From contig CAYUCP010000003.1 of assembly GCA_964443315.1 (NCBI GenBank), positions 1 to 45,916 on the forward strand: a stretch of DNA of 45,916 nt, in the 5' to 3' direction. Made by a program: the position numbers and the translations under genes. The notes beneath the pieces were generated by a model. It saw only the letters and a program-made list of their open reading frames with translations, made no database searches and was not told where the DNA came from. Positions 34,628 to 42,498 of the stretch are shown here, one piece after another. Each line of letters begins with the position of its first letter. Positions within the stretch are counted from its first letter, which is position 1. The stretch is from an uncultured Gammaproteobacteria bacterium. GTDB taxonomy: Bacteria > Patescibacteriota > Patescibacteriia > 2-12-FULL-60-25.

Positions 34628-35508
34628 CTGCGCATCTCCAGAATCGGGATGTCCATCTGCCCGACAGATTGCATCCCGGCATTTGCAACGCCAACGTCAA
34701 ACGCGGACTGAACGTTTTTCCCTTCGGCCAGCGCCATGTAAAACCCATCAGAAAACCCGATGGCGGATGGGTCTTGCACCGCCTTGCGCATCCCCACCGC
34801 CCACTGCGAAACACTCATCAACGGAGCGAGGTTTTGAGCGGAATAACAAGCATTGAGAACCACTCCAGTCACGGGCATGGGTTTCAAAAGGCGCGAAATG
34901 GCTTCCAGCGTGACGGCTTTTGGCTTTTGCGTCTCATCTTCCAGGTAAATTTCTCCGTCAGCGCCATGTCCCGCAAAATGCAAAATGGTTGGGCGAAAAT
35001 CTAAAATGGCGCGGGTGATGTCGTGCGGTCGCGCGGCCTGTATCGCCCGAAACTCGAACCCTGTCTTGCGTAGAGCGTCCTCTACCACCCGCGCTTCCAC
35101 ACCGGTGTTGAGAATCGCGCCGGGCATGGATGAAGTAGACACGAAAAGAACAGCGCGGCGCGAGGCGGCGGAAGAATTTTTCTGCGATGACTTTTTGCCT
35201 GTTACCTGTTCAAACAAAAACTCCACCCGACTGCGCAAAGCCGCGTTCTCATTTTCGAGATCGGCGATTCTGCGTTTCAAGCCATCTATTTCCAGTAAAA
35301 ACGTTTCTTTTTCGGCTTTCAAGGTGTCTTTTTCGGCTGCGAGGGTTTTGTTTTGCTTTAGCAACTCCTCGTTCTCTTTTTTGTAATACCTCACCACCTC
35401 ACCCCCGTCCTCTCCGCCCTTCCGCTGAAACGGTTTCAAAAACAGCACGGCGGTTAAAACGAGCAGCCCAATCAGAGATATGACACCGAGAATTACCCCC
35501 AAATCCAT
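34624..35508 (-). CDS. Membrane-anchored coiled-coil protein with a C-terminal CHAT-like (caspase-fold) domain
   Basis: Start at MDLGVILGVISLIGLLVLTAVLFL (TM helix). Coiled coil at ELLKQNKTLAAEKDTLKAEKETFLLEIDGLKRRIADLENENAALRSR. Then ILHFAGHG and VVLNACYS (His/Cys dyad positions) and GFYMALAEGKNVQSAF. Confidence 0.6.
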   Translation of the reverse strand: MDLGVILGVISLIGLLVLTAVLFLKPFQRKGGEDGGEVVRYYKKENEELLKQNKTLAAEKDTLKAEKETFLLEIDGLKRRIADLENENAALRSRVEFLFEQVTGKKSSQKNSSAASRRAVLFVSTSSMPGAILNTGVEARVVEDALRKTGFEFRAIQAARPHDITRAILDFRPTILHFAGHGADGEIYLEDETQKPKAVTLEAISRLLKPMPVTGVVLNACYSAQNLAPLMSVSQWAVGMRKAVQDPSAIGFSDGFYMALAEGKNVQSAFDVGVANAGMQSVGQMDIPILEMRR

Positions 35509-35831
35509 CACACCTCTCCTTTGCCACGATGAATTACAAGTAACACGTAGCCAAGAAAGGTGATGATGCCGTGCAAATAGGCCAGTGTTGCCCACATTTC
35601 AATCATGCCGCCCGGTAAAAAGTGCGTTCCCCAAAGATTTAAGTCCAGCACCAGCACCACGTAAAGCCGATAGATAAAAACATGCGCGGCCATCGTCAAC
35701 GCTGCTAGCAAGTCGCGGCCATCAACGATACGCTTTCTCCAGGCATAAACAAGACAGGCAAACAGTCCGCCCGCCGCCAGCGCCACGACCAGTCGCATAA
35801 ACATCAAAACATCAAAATCCGCCGCGCTCAT
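35508..35831 (-). CDS. Three-TM membrane protein (holin-like)
   Basis: 107 aa with three hydrophobic helices, sitting in the lysis cassette. Confidence 0.5.
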   Translation of the reverse strand: MSAADFDVLMFMRLVVALAAGGLFACLVYAWRKRIVDGRDLLAALTMAAHVFIYRLYVVLVLDLNLWGTHFLPGGMIEMWATLAYLHGIITFLGYVLLVIHRGKGEV

Positions 35832-35834
35832 TGC

Positions 35835-36605
35835 CTACCCGACCTCCACCTGTGGCTCTTGATCAAATCCGCCCTTGCGCAAAAGCGTGCGGCACCGCGC
35901 CAAAATCTGCGCGTCCGTGCCGCGTTTGGCGGCGGCGTTCAACCACGCATAGGTAAACGCCCCGCACGGCTTGCCGCCAATCACTGCATCGGCGGCGGTC
36001 TGATCGGCCCGGCACGCGCTCCAAATTCGGCGGTTGATGCGGCCCGCCCGTTCCAGCTCTTTCACGCGAGACGGCGTGAGCAGGCCGCGGGGGCGCGGCT
36101 GGGTAATGGCGCGGCCATCGGGCTGGGGAAGGTATCGGATGGCATAGTGCAACGCCGCGCGGCTTACCGTGCCGCTGTGGCACGAATCGGCCCACATTTG
36201 CACGTCCACATCCGCAGGAAAGCTGGCCAGCCATTTGTTAATGTCGTCATCCACAAGAAGCTGCACCCATCGCCCGTTTGCGACGTGGGTGTCCCACGTC
36301 GCAATAGCCTCGTCCCATTTGTCTGTCTCGTCCGCGTTTTTGTCCGGCACCTGCGTGCCGTGCGAGGAGATGCTGAAGGCGATACGCTTCACTTCGCTAC
36401 GCTGAGCGGCAATCGCGGCCCGGCCCATCCATTCCGCGATGCGCGCCAAGCCAGCCGCTTCTCCGGTGGCCGTTTGCACCTCGTAGCCCGCTTTGGCGAG
36501 GTAGTCGGCCATGTTACGCATGTCGTTTTCGCACCCGTTCAGGCGCGGAATTTGCGGGCTGAGAAATGCGTTGAGGCCCACACACAGGGCGATGCTGTCA
36601 TTCAT
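35835..36605 (-). CDS. Peptidase C14 metacaspase/orthocaspase-like protease
   Basis: Start at MNDSIALCVGLN with a ggagg SD. FSISSHGTQ supplies the catalytic His, ADSCHSG is the hallmark Cys motif, and the p10-like SACRADQTAADAVIGGKPCGAFTYAW follows. Confidence 0.75.
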   Translation of the reverse strand: MNDSIALCVGLNAFLSPQIPRLNGCENDMRNMADYLAKAGYEVQTATGEAAGLARIAEWMGRAAIAAQRSEVKRIAFSISSHGTQVPDKNADETDKWDEAIATWDTHVANGRWVQLLVDDDINKWLASFPADVDVQMWADSCHSGTVSRAALHYAIRYLPQPDGRAITQPRPRGLLTPSRVKELERAGRINRRIWSACRADQTAADAVIGGKPCGAFTYAWLNAAAKRGTDAQILARCRTLLRKGGFDQEPQVEVG

Positions 36606-36951
36606 CTTGCGCCTCCGGTGGCTGAATATCATCCGGGAATTTACCGATGATGCGCACGGGGATGGTTGTGCTATTCCCACCCCATGCACTTGTTCGCGCG
36701 GTTGGGGTTTTAACATTCAACCCGCGCGAGGTGAGTTCGCGGCTGATGGCGCGTTGCACCAGTGGCTCAGCCTCATCGTTGATGGTGAACGCCACGATCA
36801 ATAGCCCCACAATCGGCTGGGCGATAAGCCAAATCTGGTGCAGCATGTCTGCCGCGTCTGGCGCGGCGTATTTGCCCGCCACCAAAAACACAATTTTTAC
36901 GATGGCATCCACCACCGCCGTGATGAATGCGCGGGATTTAAGCAATTTCAT
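36598..36951 (-). CDS. Holin-like protein (two TM helices)
   Basis: AFITAVVDAIVKIVFLVAG and IWLIAQPIVGLLIVAFTI, followed by a charged C-terminal tail. Confidence 0.5.
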   Translation of the reverse strand: MKLLKSRAFITAVVDAIVKIVFLVAGKYAAPDAADMLHQIWLIAQPIVGLLIVAFTINDEAEPLVQRAISRELTSRGLNVKTPTARTSAWGGNSTTIPVRIIGKFPDDIQPPEAQDE

Positions 36952-37324
36952 TCGCGGCCTCCAAATCCTTGTAAATCACGGCCATGCCAGCCTCGACCAG
37001 CTGGGTGTTCACGCTCTTGTCCTCGCCGTCCAGCCACACCTCGGCCAAAACGCGCCCGTGCTGGTCGCGGCTGTTCTTGACGACCAGCGTCACCGGTTTG
37101 TCGCCCAACTTTTCCTTGAGCCATGCGGTGGCTTTGTCGCCATTGGATGTTCCCGCCGGCGGCGCGTCCACGCCAGTGAAACGCACATATTCGCGCATAG
37201 ATACTTTTGTCCATGCGGGCAGCCCGACATCCGCCACGATGGTGTCGCCATCCACCACCCGGACATTGGCCGCCGGGCAAATGGAGAGCGCGGCAGACGC
37301 GGCTTTGAGGATTCCGTTAAGCAT
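36938..37324 (-). CDS. Staphylococcal nuclease (SNase)-like thermonuclease, probably exported
   Basis: VRVVDGDT...VRFTGVDAPP...QHGRVLAEVWLDG...NTQLVEAGMAV; hydrophobic N-terminus MLNGILKAASAALSIC. Confidence 0.7.
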   Translation of the reverse strand: MLNGILKAASAALSICPAANVRVVDGDTIVADVGLPAWTKVSMREYVRFTGVDAPPAGTSNGDKATAWLKEKLGDKPVTLVVKNSRDQHGRVLAEVWLDGEDKSVNTQLVEAGMAVIYKDLEAANEIA

Positions 37325-37616
37325 ATTTCACCTTCTTTTTTGCGTTGGCGAGGGCGTGCCGCTCTGCGTGGCAACAGTCGCACAACACCTCTAAATCTTG
37401 TGGTTGCTCATCGCCCAGGTGGGCGTATGTTTTGTGATGAACTTCCAGCCCGCGCGTGTTGCCGCACTCGTGACAACACCCACCAGCGAGGGCAATGGCT
37501 TTCTCGCGCGTTTCCTGCCAGTGCGCGGTTTTCAAATAAATGGCGGCGTAATTCCGGCGACGCAGTTTCGTTATCTGCGCGTCAACCCAACGAAACATCC
37601 ACATCCGCCAGTCCAT
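37317..37616 (-). CDS. HNH endonuclease
   Basis: CCHECGNTRGLEVHHKTYAHLGDEQPQDLEVLCDCCHAERH; start coupled to the upstream stop. Confidence 0.8.
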   Translation of the reverse strand: MDWRMWMFRWVDAQITKLRRRNYAAIYLKTAHWQETREKAIALAGGCCHECGNTRGLEVHHKTYAHLGDEQPQDLEVLCDCCHAERHALANAKKKVKYA

Positions 37617-38170
37617 CACTTCACCGCCTTCATGCCTTCGCTCACGGCGATGGCATACCGCCACGCGCGGGCGCAAATACCGCCCGCCCGCGCAAATGCT
37701 GGCATGGCGCGGCTGTCGCGCCCGCCGCCGATGACGCACTTAGACGTGCCGCCGTTGTAAACGCGCAGGGCGCACATCAAATCTCCCTTGCAGTAGCGGT
37801 CGCGGTTCTCGCGCAAAATCTTTGCGGCGGCGTAGACGTTTGCCTGCGCATCCATGAGTTCAATTGTGGTGGGGCGGTCTGTGAACCACACGCGAGGCAG
37901 TAGCGTAGTATCGCGCGGCACAATCTGCGCCAGCCCAATTTCACCACTCGCGCCGATGAAATCACCCTGACACCGACTTTCTTTCCACACAATCGCCCAC
38001 ACCGCCGCGCGCGGGATGCCCGTTTGCTTTTCAAACAATTTCAAGGATTCATCTGCAAACGAGTAGGCCGCGATGCAGTGATTCACGTCTGGGCGCGGCG
38101 TGGCCGCGCTGGCCGCGTTGGGGTGCGCGAAAATGAAAGCGAAAGTTAAAAGCGCGAGAATAAATCTCAT
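37616..38170 (-). CDS. Secreted lytic transglycosylase (SLT domain)
   Basis: Signal-like MRFILALLTFAFIFAHPNAASAA; WKESRCQ...GLAQIVP...VYNGG. Start at 38170 because the longer ORF would run through a terminator. Confidence 0.7.
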   Translation of the reverse strand: MRFILALLTFAFIFAHPNAASAATPRPDVNHCIAAYSFADESLKLFEKQTGIPRAAVWAIVWKESRCQGDFIGASGEIGLAQIVPRDTTLLPRVWFTDRPTTIELMDAQANVYAAAKILRENRDRYCKGDLMCALRVYNGGTSKCVIGGGRDSRAMPAFARAGGICARAWRYAIAVSEGMKAVK

Positions 38171-38175
38171 AAAGT

Positions 38176-38224
38176 GAAAAACAAAAAAGCGCGGCTGGCA
38201 CAATCTCTTGTGCATCAGCCGCGC
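38176..38224 (-). terminator. Rho-independent terminator upstream of the SLT gene
   Basis: Stem gcgcggctg/cagccgcgc (38189..38197, 38216..38224) with an inner gcacaa/ttgtgc stem, followed on the minus strand by ttttttgttttt. Confidence 0.65.
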
Positions 38225-38269
38225 TCAACTGAGTCGCGTTTATTGAATTGAGATTATTCTACATCCATT

Positions 38270-38494
38270 TTATTCTTTCGCGGGCATCATAGCCGCGCCA
38301 AGCGGCAACTGTATTTTTGCGCCCCGGCGCTCAATAGCCGGGGTTAGCTCTCGCGCATTGTGGATGGCCAGGCTTAACACCACCGTGCCAGACAAATCAC
38401 CGCCCGTGCGCAACAAATCGCGCACGGCAATCATGCACATGCGTTCAAGTTCGGTTTTTGCGGAAACAGCTGCCACGCCATAAATATAGCACAT
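38270..38494 (-). CDS. Hypothetical protein
   Basis: 74-aa ORF. Confidence 0.45.
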   Translation of the reverse strand: MCYIYGVAAVSAKTELERMCMIAVRDLLRTGGDLSGTVVLSLAIHNARELTPAIERRGAKIQLPLGAAMMPAKE

Positions 38495-38579
38495 CCGTTC
38501 TGCCTGTCAATAATCAACTGCCCTATGCCGCGCAACTCGGCGGCGGCAACATCTCAGATGGCATCGAGATTGCCCTGCG

Positions 38580-39014
38580 TCAACTCGCTGGTTCAATATC
38601 TCTGAATAGCGAGTAATTCTCAATATCCAAAGAAGCGCGTTCGGGGTCGTCAATCGGGCACCACCCACCCCCGGCATCAAACGGCTCATCCTTGAGCCGC
38701 CACAAATACACGACTACAATCTCCCCGTTGCGCACGGCAAGTTGCAACCCCTTGCGCGCCACGAGCGAGGTGCGTGTGCCGTCCGTTTCAACCCCGGTCA
38801 GCGTCCGCGCCGCGCCAGACGCATCGGCGGCGGCGATGAGGAGTTTCTCATCACCGAGCATCTCATAAGCGCGGCGAATGCCGTGCGTCAATCCTTCCCC
38901 ATCCGCGAGTTTCACAAAAAAATCGCGTTCATGCTCGCGCAAAGTTATTTGCCTGACGCGAGTTTTTTCCCCAGCGGGCTTTGCCGCGTTTTTATTTCCT
39001 ATTTTTCCTGCCAT
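38580..39014 (-). CDS. Hypothetical protein, possibly an N-terminal RHH-like DNA binder; first gene of the leftward block
   Basis: MAGKIGNKNAAKP...VRQITLREHERDFFVKLADGEGLTHGIRRAYEML; promoter geometry suggests a leaderless mRNA. Confidence 0.5.
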   Translation of the reverse strand: MAGKIGNKNAAKPAGEKTRVRQITLREHERDFFVKLADGEGLTHGIRRAYEMLGDEKLLIAAADASGAARTLTGVETDGTRTSLVARKGLQLAVRNGEIVVVYLWRLKDEPFDAGGGWCPIDDPERASLDIENYSLFRDIEPAS

Positions 39015-39022
39015 TTCAAGCT

Positions 39023-39051
39023 ATTGTATTGATTTCTAGCTATAAAGTCAA
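39023..39051 (-). promoter_or_regulatory. Promoter of the leftward block (leaderless geometry)
   Basis: Minus strand reads TTGACT (39051..39046), 17-nt spacer, TACAAT (39028..39023), then 8 nt to the ATG at 39014. Confidence 0.6.
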
Positions 39052-39057
39052 GGGAAC

Positions 39058-39073
39058 CTAGCCACTTGGCTAG
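39058..39073. promoter_or_regulatory. Operator-like inverted repeat CTAGCCA-ct-TGGCTAG
   Basis: Perfect 7-bp arms between the divergent promoters. Confidence 0.5.
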
Positions 39074-39096
39074 TATTTTCAAAAATTGCTGTGTTA

Positions 39097-39139
39097 TTGT
39101 CAATTTTGCTATTGACAAGATTTATTTTATAGCTATAAT
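39097..39139 (+). promoter_or_regulatory. Promoter of the rightward orphan operon with an overlapping inverted repeat
   Basis: TTGACA (39112..39117), 16-nt spacer, TATAAT (39134..39139). The inverted repeat ttgtcaat-N6-attgacaa (39097..39118) covers the -35 element. Confidence 0.65.
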
Positions 39140-39179
39140 ACGACCATCAACCAAAAATAAAAAAAACAAGGAAAATAAA

Positions 39180-39377
39180 ATGACAAAACAAGAAGCCAAA
39201 AAACTCGCAAAAGAAGCCATCGAAAATGCAACCCCGCAAGGTTACGATGTTGCTGGTTTAACAGTTGTGTATCTTGAAAAGAACGGCAAGTATGCCGTTG
39301 CCGACAACGGAGAGGAAGTCGGAAACCTCGATCGCAACAATGCAATCCGCATTATTGTTGAGAATCTAACCAACTAA
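39180..39377 (+). CDS. Hypothetical protein (65 aa)
   Basis: ATG at 39180 preceded by caaggaaaa; AT-rich. Confidence 0.55.
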   Translation: MTKQEAKKLAKEAIENATPQGYDVAGLTVVYLEKNGKYAVADNGEEVGNLDRNNAIRIIVENLTN

Positions 39378-39431
39378 AAACCAACGCGCGACCTGTTGAA
39401 AAAGAAAGCATAAAAATATTTCTTCCCGCAG

Positions 39432-39647
39432 ATGAGCTTGAGCCTGCGGGAAATGGAGGAAATCATGGAAGAGCTGCACGACAAAAGAACCATCAAAATC
39501 AACGATAAAACATATCAAATCGCGGTTTCCCGCGAGGCATACTCCCCAGATAAATTGAAAGTCTGGGGGCATGGCAAAGAGTGGTGTCAGCGTTCAGATG
39601 AAACACGCGCCGAATTTGTCCAGCGCGTCAAGAGCGATACTAAATAA
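39432..39647 (+). CDS. Hypothetical protein (71 aa)
   Basis: ORF in the operon. Confidence 0.5.
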   Translation: MSLSLREMEEIMEELHDKRTIKINDKTYQIAVSREAYSPDKLKVWGHGKEWCQRSDETRAEFVQRVKSDTK

Positions 39648-39656
39648 CAAAAATTC

Positions 39657-39687
39657 GCCCCGCCGATGATGCAGTCACCGGCGGGGC
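39657..39687 (+). other. Intercistronic GC-rich stem-loop
   Basis: gccccgccg (39657..39665) pairs with cggcggggc (39679..39687); same arm family as 3775..3799 and 4397..4424. Confidence 0.6.
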
Positions 39688-39741
39688 ATTTGAGAGGGAT
39701 TAACTCTCCCTCGCATTCTAAAGCAAAACAGAGGGATTAAC

Positions 39742-40533
39742 ATGAACACTCAACACATTCGCATAACCGATTTTGAAGCAACACCTCCTAAAAAATCGCG
39801 CGTCGCCGTCACGAGTGATGGGGATAGAATCACCATCACCCACATCGGGGGAAAAGCCCCCCGGCTGACCTCTCAATTGCTGTGGAAAGCAATTGAGGTC
39901 GCCGGAATGAGCATTTCAGAATCCTTAGAGCTGTCATCTAAAACTCGCGTGAACCCATTCAAAGTGGTGCGCCGCAAGGGAATGAGCGGCGCGTGTGACT
40001 GGAAGCTCGTCGTCAGACAAAACGATGAGACGCGAGATTATCCAACAAAAGCTCTCGTTCACGAGAGCATGCTTGGAAAAATGAACGAGCCTATCCGCGG
40101 GATGTGGGTAGGCGATCTCGCAGAGATCGCCCAGTCGATTGAGAACTGGGAGAGCTTTCTGCTCTCCCAGCCGGGGCAACAAGAGTTTTTTATTCCCTCT
40201 CCCCCGGCGTGGGAGGAAATACAGGGGATTCAGGATCAATGCGCATCTGACTCTAACGTTGCAGCGTTACGCGTGTTGATGAACGCACATCATCACGAGT
40301 CTTGCTGGCAAAACGCCCAGCAGGTATGGCACGAGAGAAAGGACGATTTTATGGCGGCGATCGCCACCTACGTCATGAATGGCGGGGTAATATCCGCCGA
40401 GGAAATTGAAATTGTCAAGAATCTTCCGCGCCCGGACACGTGGCCGGAAGAGTTGGAGGAACACTGGCGCGGGCAGTGCGCCGCCAATGCGACCATCATG
40501 GCCGCCGCCAATGACAACAAGGAGGTGGAATAA
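39742..40533 (+). CDS. Hypothetical protein (263 aa)
   Basis: ATG preceded by agaggg; no recognisable motif. Confidence 0.6.
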   Translation: MNTQHIRITDFEATPPKKSRVAVTSDGDRITITHIGGKAPRLTSQLLWKAIEVAGMSISESLELSSKTRVNPFKVVRRKGMSGACDWKLVVRQNDETRDYPTKALVHESMLGKMNEPIRGMWVGDLAEIAQSIENWESFLLSQPGQQEFFIPSPPAWEEIQGIQDQCASDSNVAALRVLMNAHHHESCWQNAQQVWHERKDDFMAAIATYVMNGGVISAEEIEIVKNLPRPDTWPEELEEHWRGQCAANATIMAAANDNKEVE

Positions 40534-40742
40534 TGAAAATCTATCTAGCCTCTGACAAAGAATTGTTCTTGAAAGAAATTTCTCGCGCAAAGGAAGTTTT
40601 ACGCAAGAGGGGTTCACGAGGAACAGCGGAGAAACTTAATGATGCGACAAATTGGTTTGATGCTGGCGTAATTGTCCTGCACAGAAAGAAAAATTTAATC
40701 TTCAAGTGTTGCCATTTTTCTCATGCCCACCCCGTATTCTGA
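40533..40742 (+). CDS. Hypothetical protein (69 aa)
   Basis: TAATG coupling to the upstream stop; AT-rich. Confidence 0.5.
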   Translation: MKIYLASDKELFLKEISRAKEVLRKRGSRGTAEKLNDATNWFDAGVIVLHRKKNLIFKCCHFSHAHPVF

Positions 40743-40746
40743 GCGC

Positions 40747-40983
40747 ATGAGCAAACAAAAACAATATCCCCGCGAAGAGTTTGATGATGACTTGCTGACC
40801 GTTCTAGAGCAGGGCAAGGCAGTCGGTATCCTGCAAGGTATCAACGTGCTGTTAATTGCGCCGGAGAATTTGCAATCACATCACCATATTTTGAGTGCAG
40901 CAGAAGCCGCCAGGCGGCTCAACCTCAAACACCAGCCAGAGCCGCGCGGTCTGCGCAGGCTTTGGCGCTGGCTGGTGGACTAG
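40747..40983 (+). CDS. Small helix-turn-helix protein (Xis/AlpA-like, putative)
   Basis: MSKQKQYPREEF...HHILSAAEAARRLNL. Confidence 0.4.
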   Translation: MSKQKQYPREEFDDDLLTVLEQGKAVGILQGINVLLIAPENLQSHHHILSAAEAARRLNLKHQPEPRGLRRLWRWLVD

Positions 40984-41132
40984 AATACAAATACCCTATC
41001 GTGGTTGAAAGTCGGCTTCATGCCGTGCTCTCGGAAACGAGACTAGGCCGCGCCGGGGTGCATCGCCCTGCCGCCCGCGAACGCCCACGCGCCGCGTGGG
41101 TCAAACGTGTAGCGGCGGCGGGGCGACTCGCC

Positions 41133-41213
41133 TACTGCTACTGCTACTGCTACCCCTCTCCCGCGCGTTTTAATCGGGTAGGGGAGGGTTTTCTGCGGTA
41201 GCAGTAGCAGTAT
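41133..41213. repeat. Inverted repeat built from the hexamer (TACTGC)n, spanning the stop codon of the FtsK-like gene
   Basis: Left arm ctactgctactgctactgctac lies downstream of the stop. Right arm gtagcagtagcagta lies in the last codons. Inner ccctc/gaggg pairings also occur. Confidence 0.85.
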
Positions 41214-42498
41214 GAGTAGACATTGCCGCGTCATACAACTTAGATAACCCGCCTTCCACCAAATTCCCGGCAAGCGGACGACCAGTCACCAATCGCACGA
41301 ACATGGACTTGCTCAGTTGCCCGCGCGCATCGCCAAGCGCAACGTCCGCCTTTATCGCGTTGGCAAGAACATACTCTCCCACGATCAACCGCCGATCATC
41401 CTCGTTCGCCCCATTCCACAATTCGCGCAGCGCGGCAGGTTTTGTGGGCGCGGCGGCGTGGCGATATTCCGAACGTGGTGGAGCGGGCGGCGTCCAGTCG
41501 GCGGGGACATCTGGCAGTTTTGTTCGCAACACGCGAAACCGCTCCGGGTTGCCGCCGCCAACGAACATGGCCTCGCCCTTCAGTTGCAACTTTTCCGCGC
41601 CCGTGTTTTCATAACGCCCTGTGGCTGCGCGGGCGTCGCCAGCGGTGGCAGTGTGCAGCACGATGAACGCGCTATTTGTGCGCACGGGCTGGGGTATCTC
41701 GCTTGAGGAGGGGCGCTGGGTGGCGCACACCAGATGAACACGCAACTCGCGCCCAACCCGCGCGATACGCGCGACCATCTCTGAAAATTCTGACCCGTTC
41801 ACCACGCACGAATCAGCCAACTCATCTATTAAAACAATGATGCGCGGCGGCGGAGCGGGGATGACCCGGCCATCCATGATGCGCACGATCTCGCGCATCC
41901 CGGCAAGCTGCTCGCTGGCAGAACGCGCCACGAACATGAGATTTTTGCGCAGCGCGTGGGCGAGCGGGTCAGGGTTGCGCGGCTTGCGGTCGAAGAGCGC
42001 GAACATTGTGCCCGCGCGGTTGTCTCGCGCCATGCTGACCGCCATCGTGCGCATGAGTTCCGTTTTGCCGTAGCCGCTTGCGCCGCTGATAAGCAGATGC
42101 GCCACGTGTTTGTGATCAATGGGCAGACAGATGGCCTCGCCTTGCACACCCACGCCGACCAACGCGCCGCCGATGGGAATGCTGTCGAGCATTTTTACAT
42201 CCGCCCATTGCTCTGGCATCTCCAGCGGAATTTCAAAGCGCACATAGCCATTTTCTTGCTCCACAAATAAACGCGAAATTTTTGCCTGCAGACACAAATC
42301 GTTTACGCGGGCTTTGACCTGCTCCAGCGACGTGACCTTGCCGCCCTCTTTCATCCGCGCCGGGCGAAAATACAGGCGCAGTGCGGATGGGTAGACCACC
42401 TGCGAGACAAACTCACAGGGGACAAAATAAGCAACGGACGCATTTTGCAGGGCGCGACCAATAGCCAGCGCGTCGCGCCGCGCCTCGTCCATGTTCAT
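41170..42498 (-). CDS. FtsK/SpoIIIE-family dsDNA translocase ATPase
   Basis: Start at MNMDEARRDAL (ATGA overlap upstream). Walker A ISGASGYGKTE, Walker B RIIVLIDELAD, and VHLVCATQRPS. Confidence 0.8.
   Translation of the reverse strand: MNMDEARRDALAIGRALQNASVAYFVPCEFVSQVVYPSALRLYFRPARMKEGGKVTSLEQVKARVNDLCLQAKISRLFVEQENGYVRFEIPLEMPEQWADVKMLDSIPIGGALVGVGVQGEAICLPIDHKHVAHLLISGASGYGKTELMRTMAVSMARDNRAGTMFALFDRKPRNPDPLAHALRKNLMFVARSASEQLAGMREIVRIMDGRVIPAPPPRIIVLIDELADSCVVNGSEFSEMVARIARVGRELRVHLVCATQRPSSSEIPQPVRTNSAFIVLHTATAGDARAATGRYENTGAEKLQLKGEAMFVGGGNPERFRVLRTKLPDVPADWTPPAPPRSEYRHAAAPTKPAALRELWNGANEDDRRLIVGEYVLANAIKADVALGDARGQLSKSMFVRLVTGRPLAGNLVEGGLSKLYDAAMSTHTATATAENPPLPD

Noticed and set aside
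36647-37903. 418-aa plus-strand ORF
   Set aside because: It lies antisense to the holin-like, SNase, HNH and SLT genes, all of which have recognisable catalytic motifs on the minus strand.
40962-41201. 79-aa plus-strand ORF containing CYCYCY
   Set aside because: It is produced by reading through the TACTGC hexamer repeat in the convergent intergenic region. It has no RBS and overlaps the end of the FtsK-like gene.
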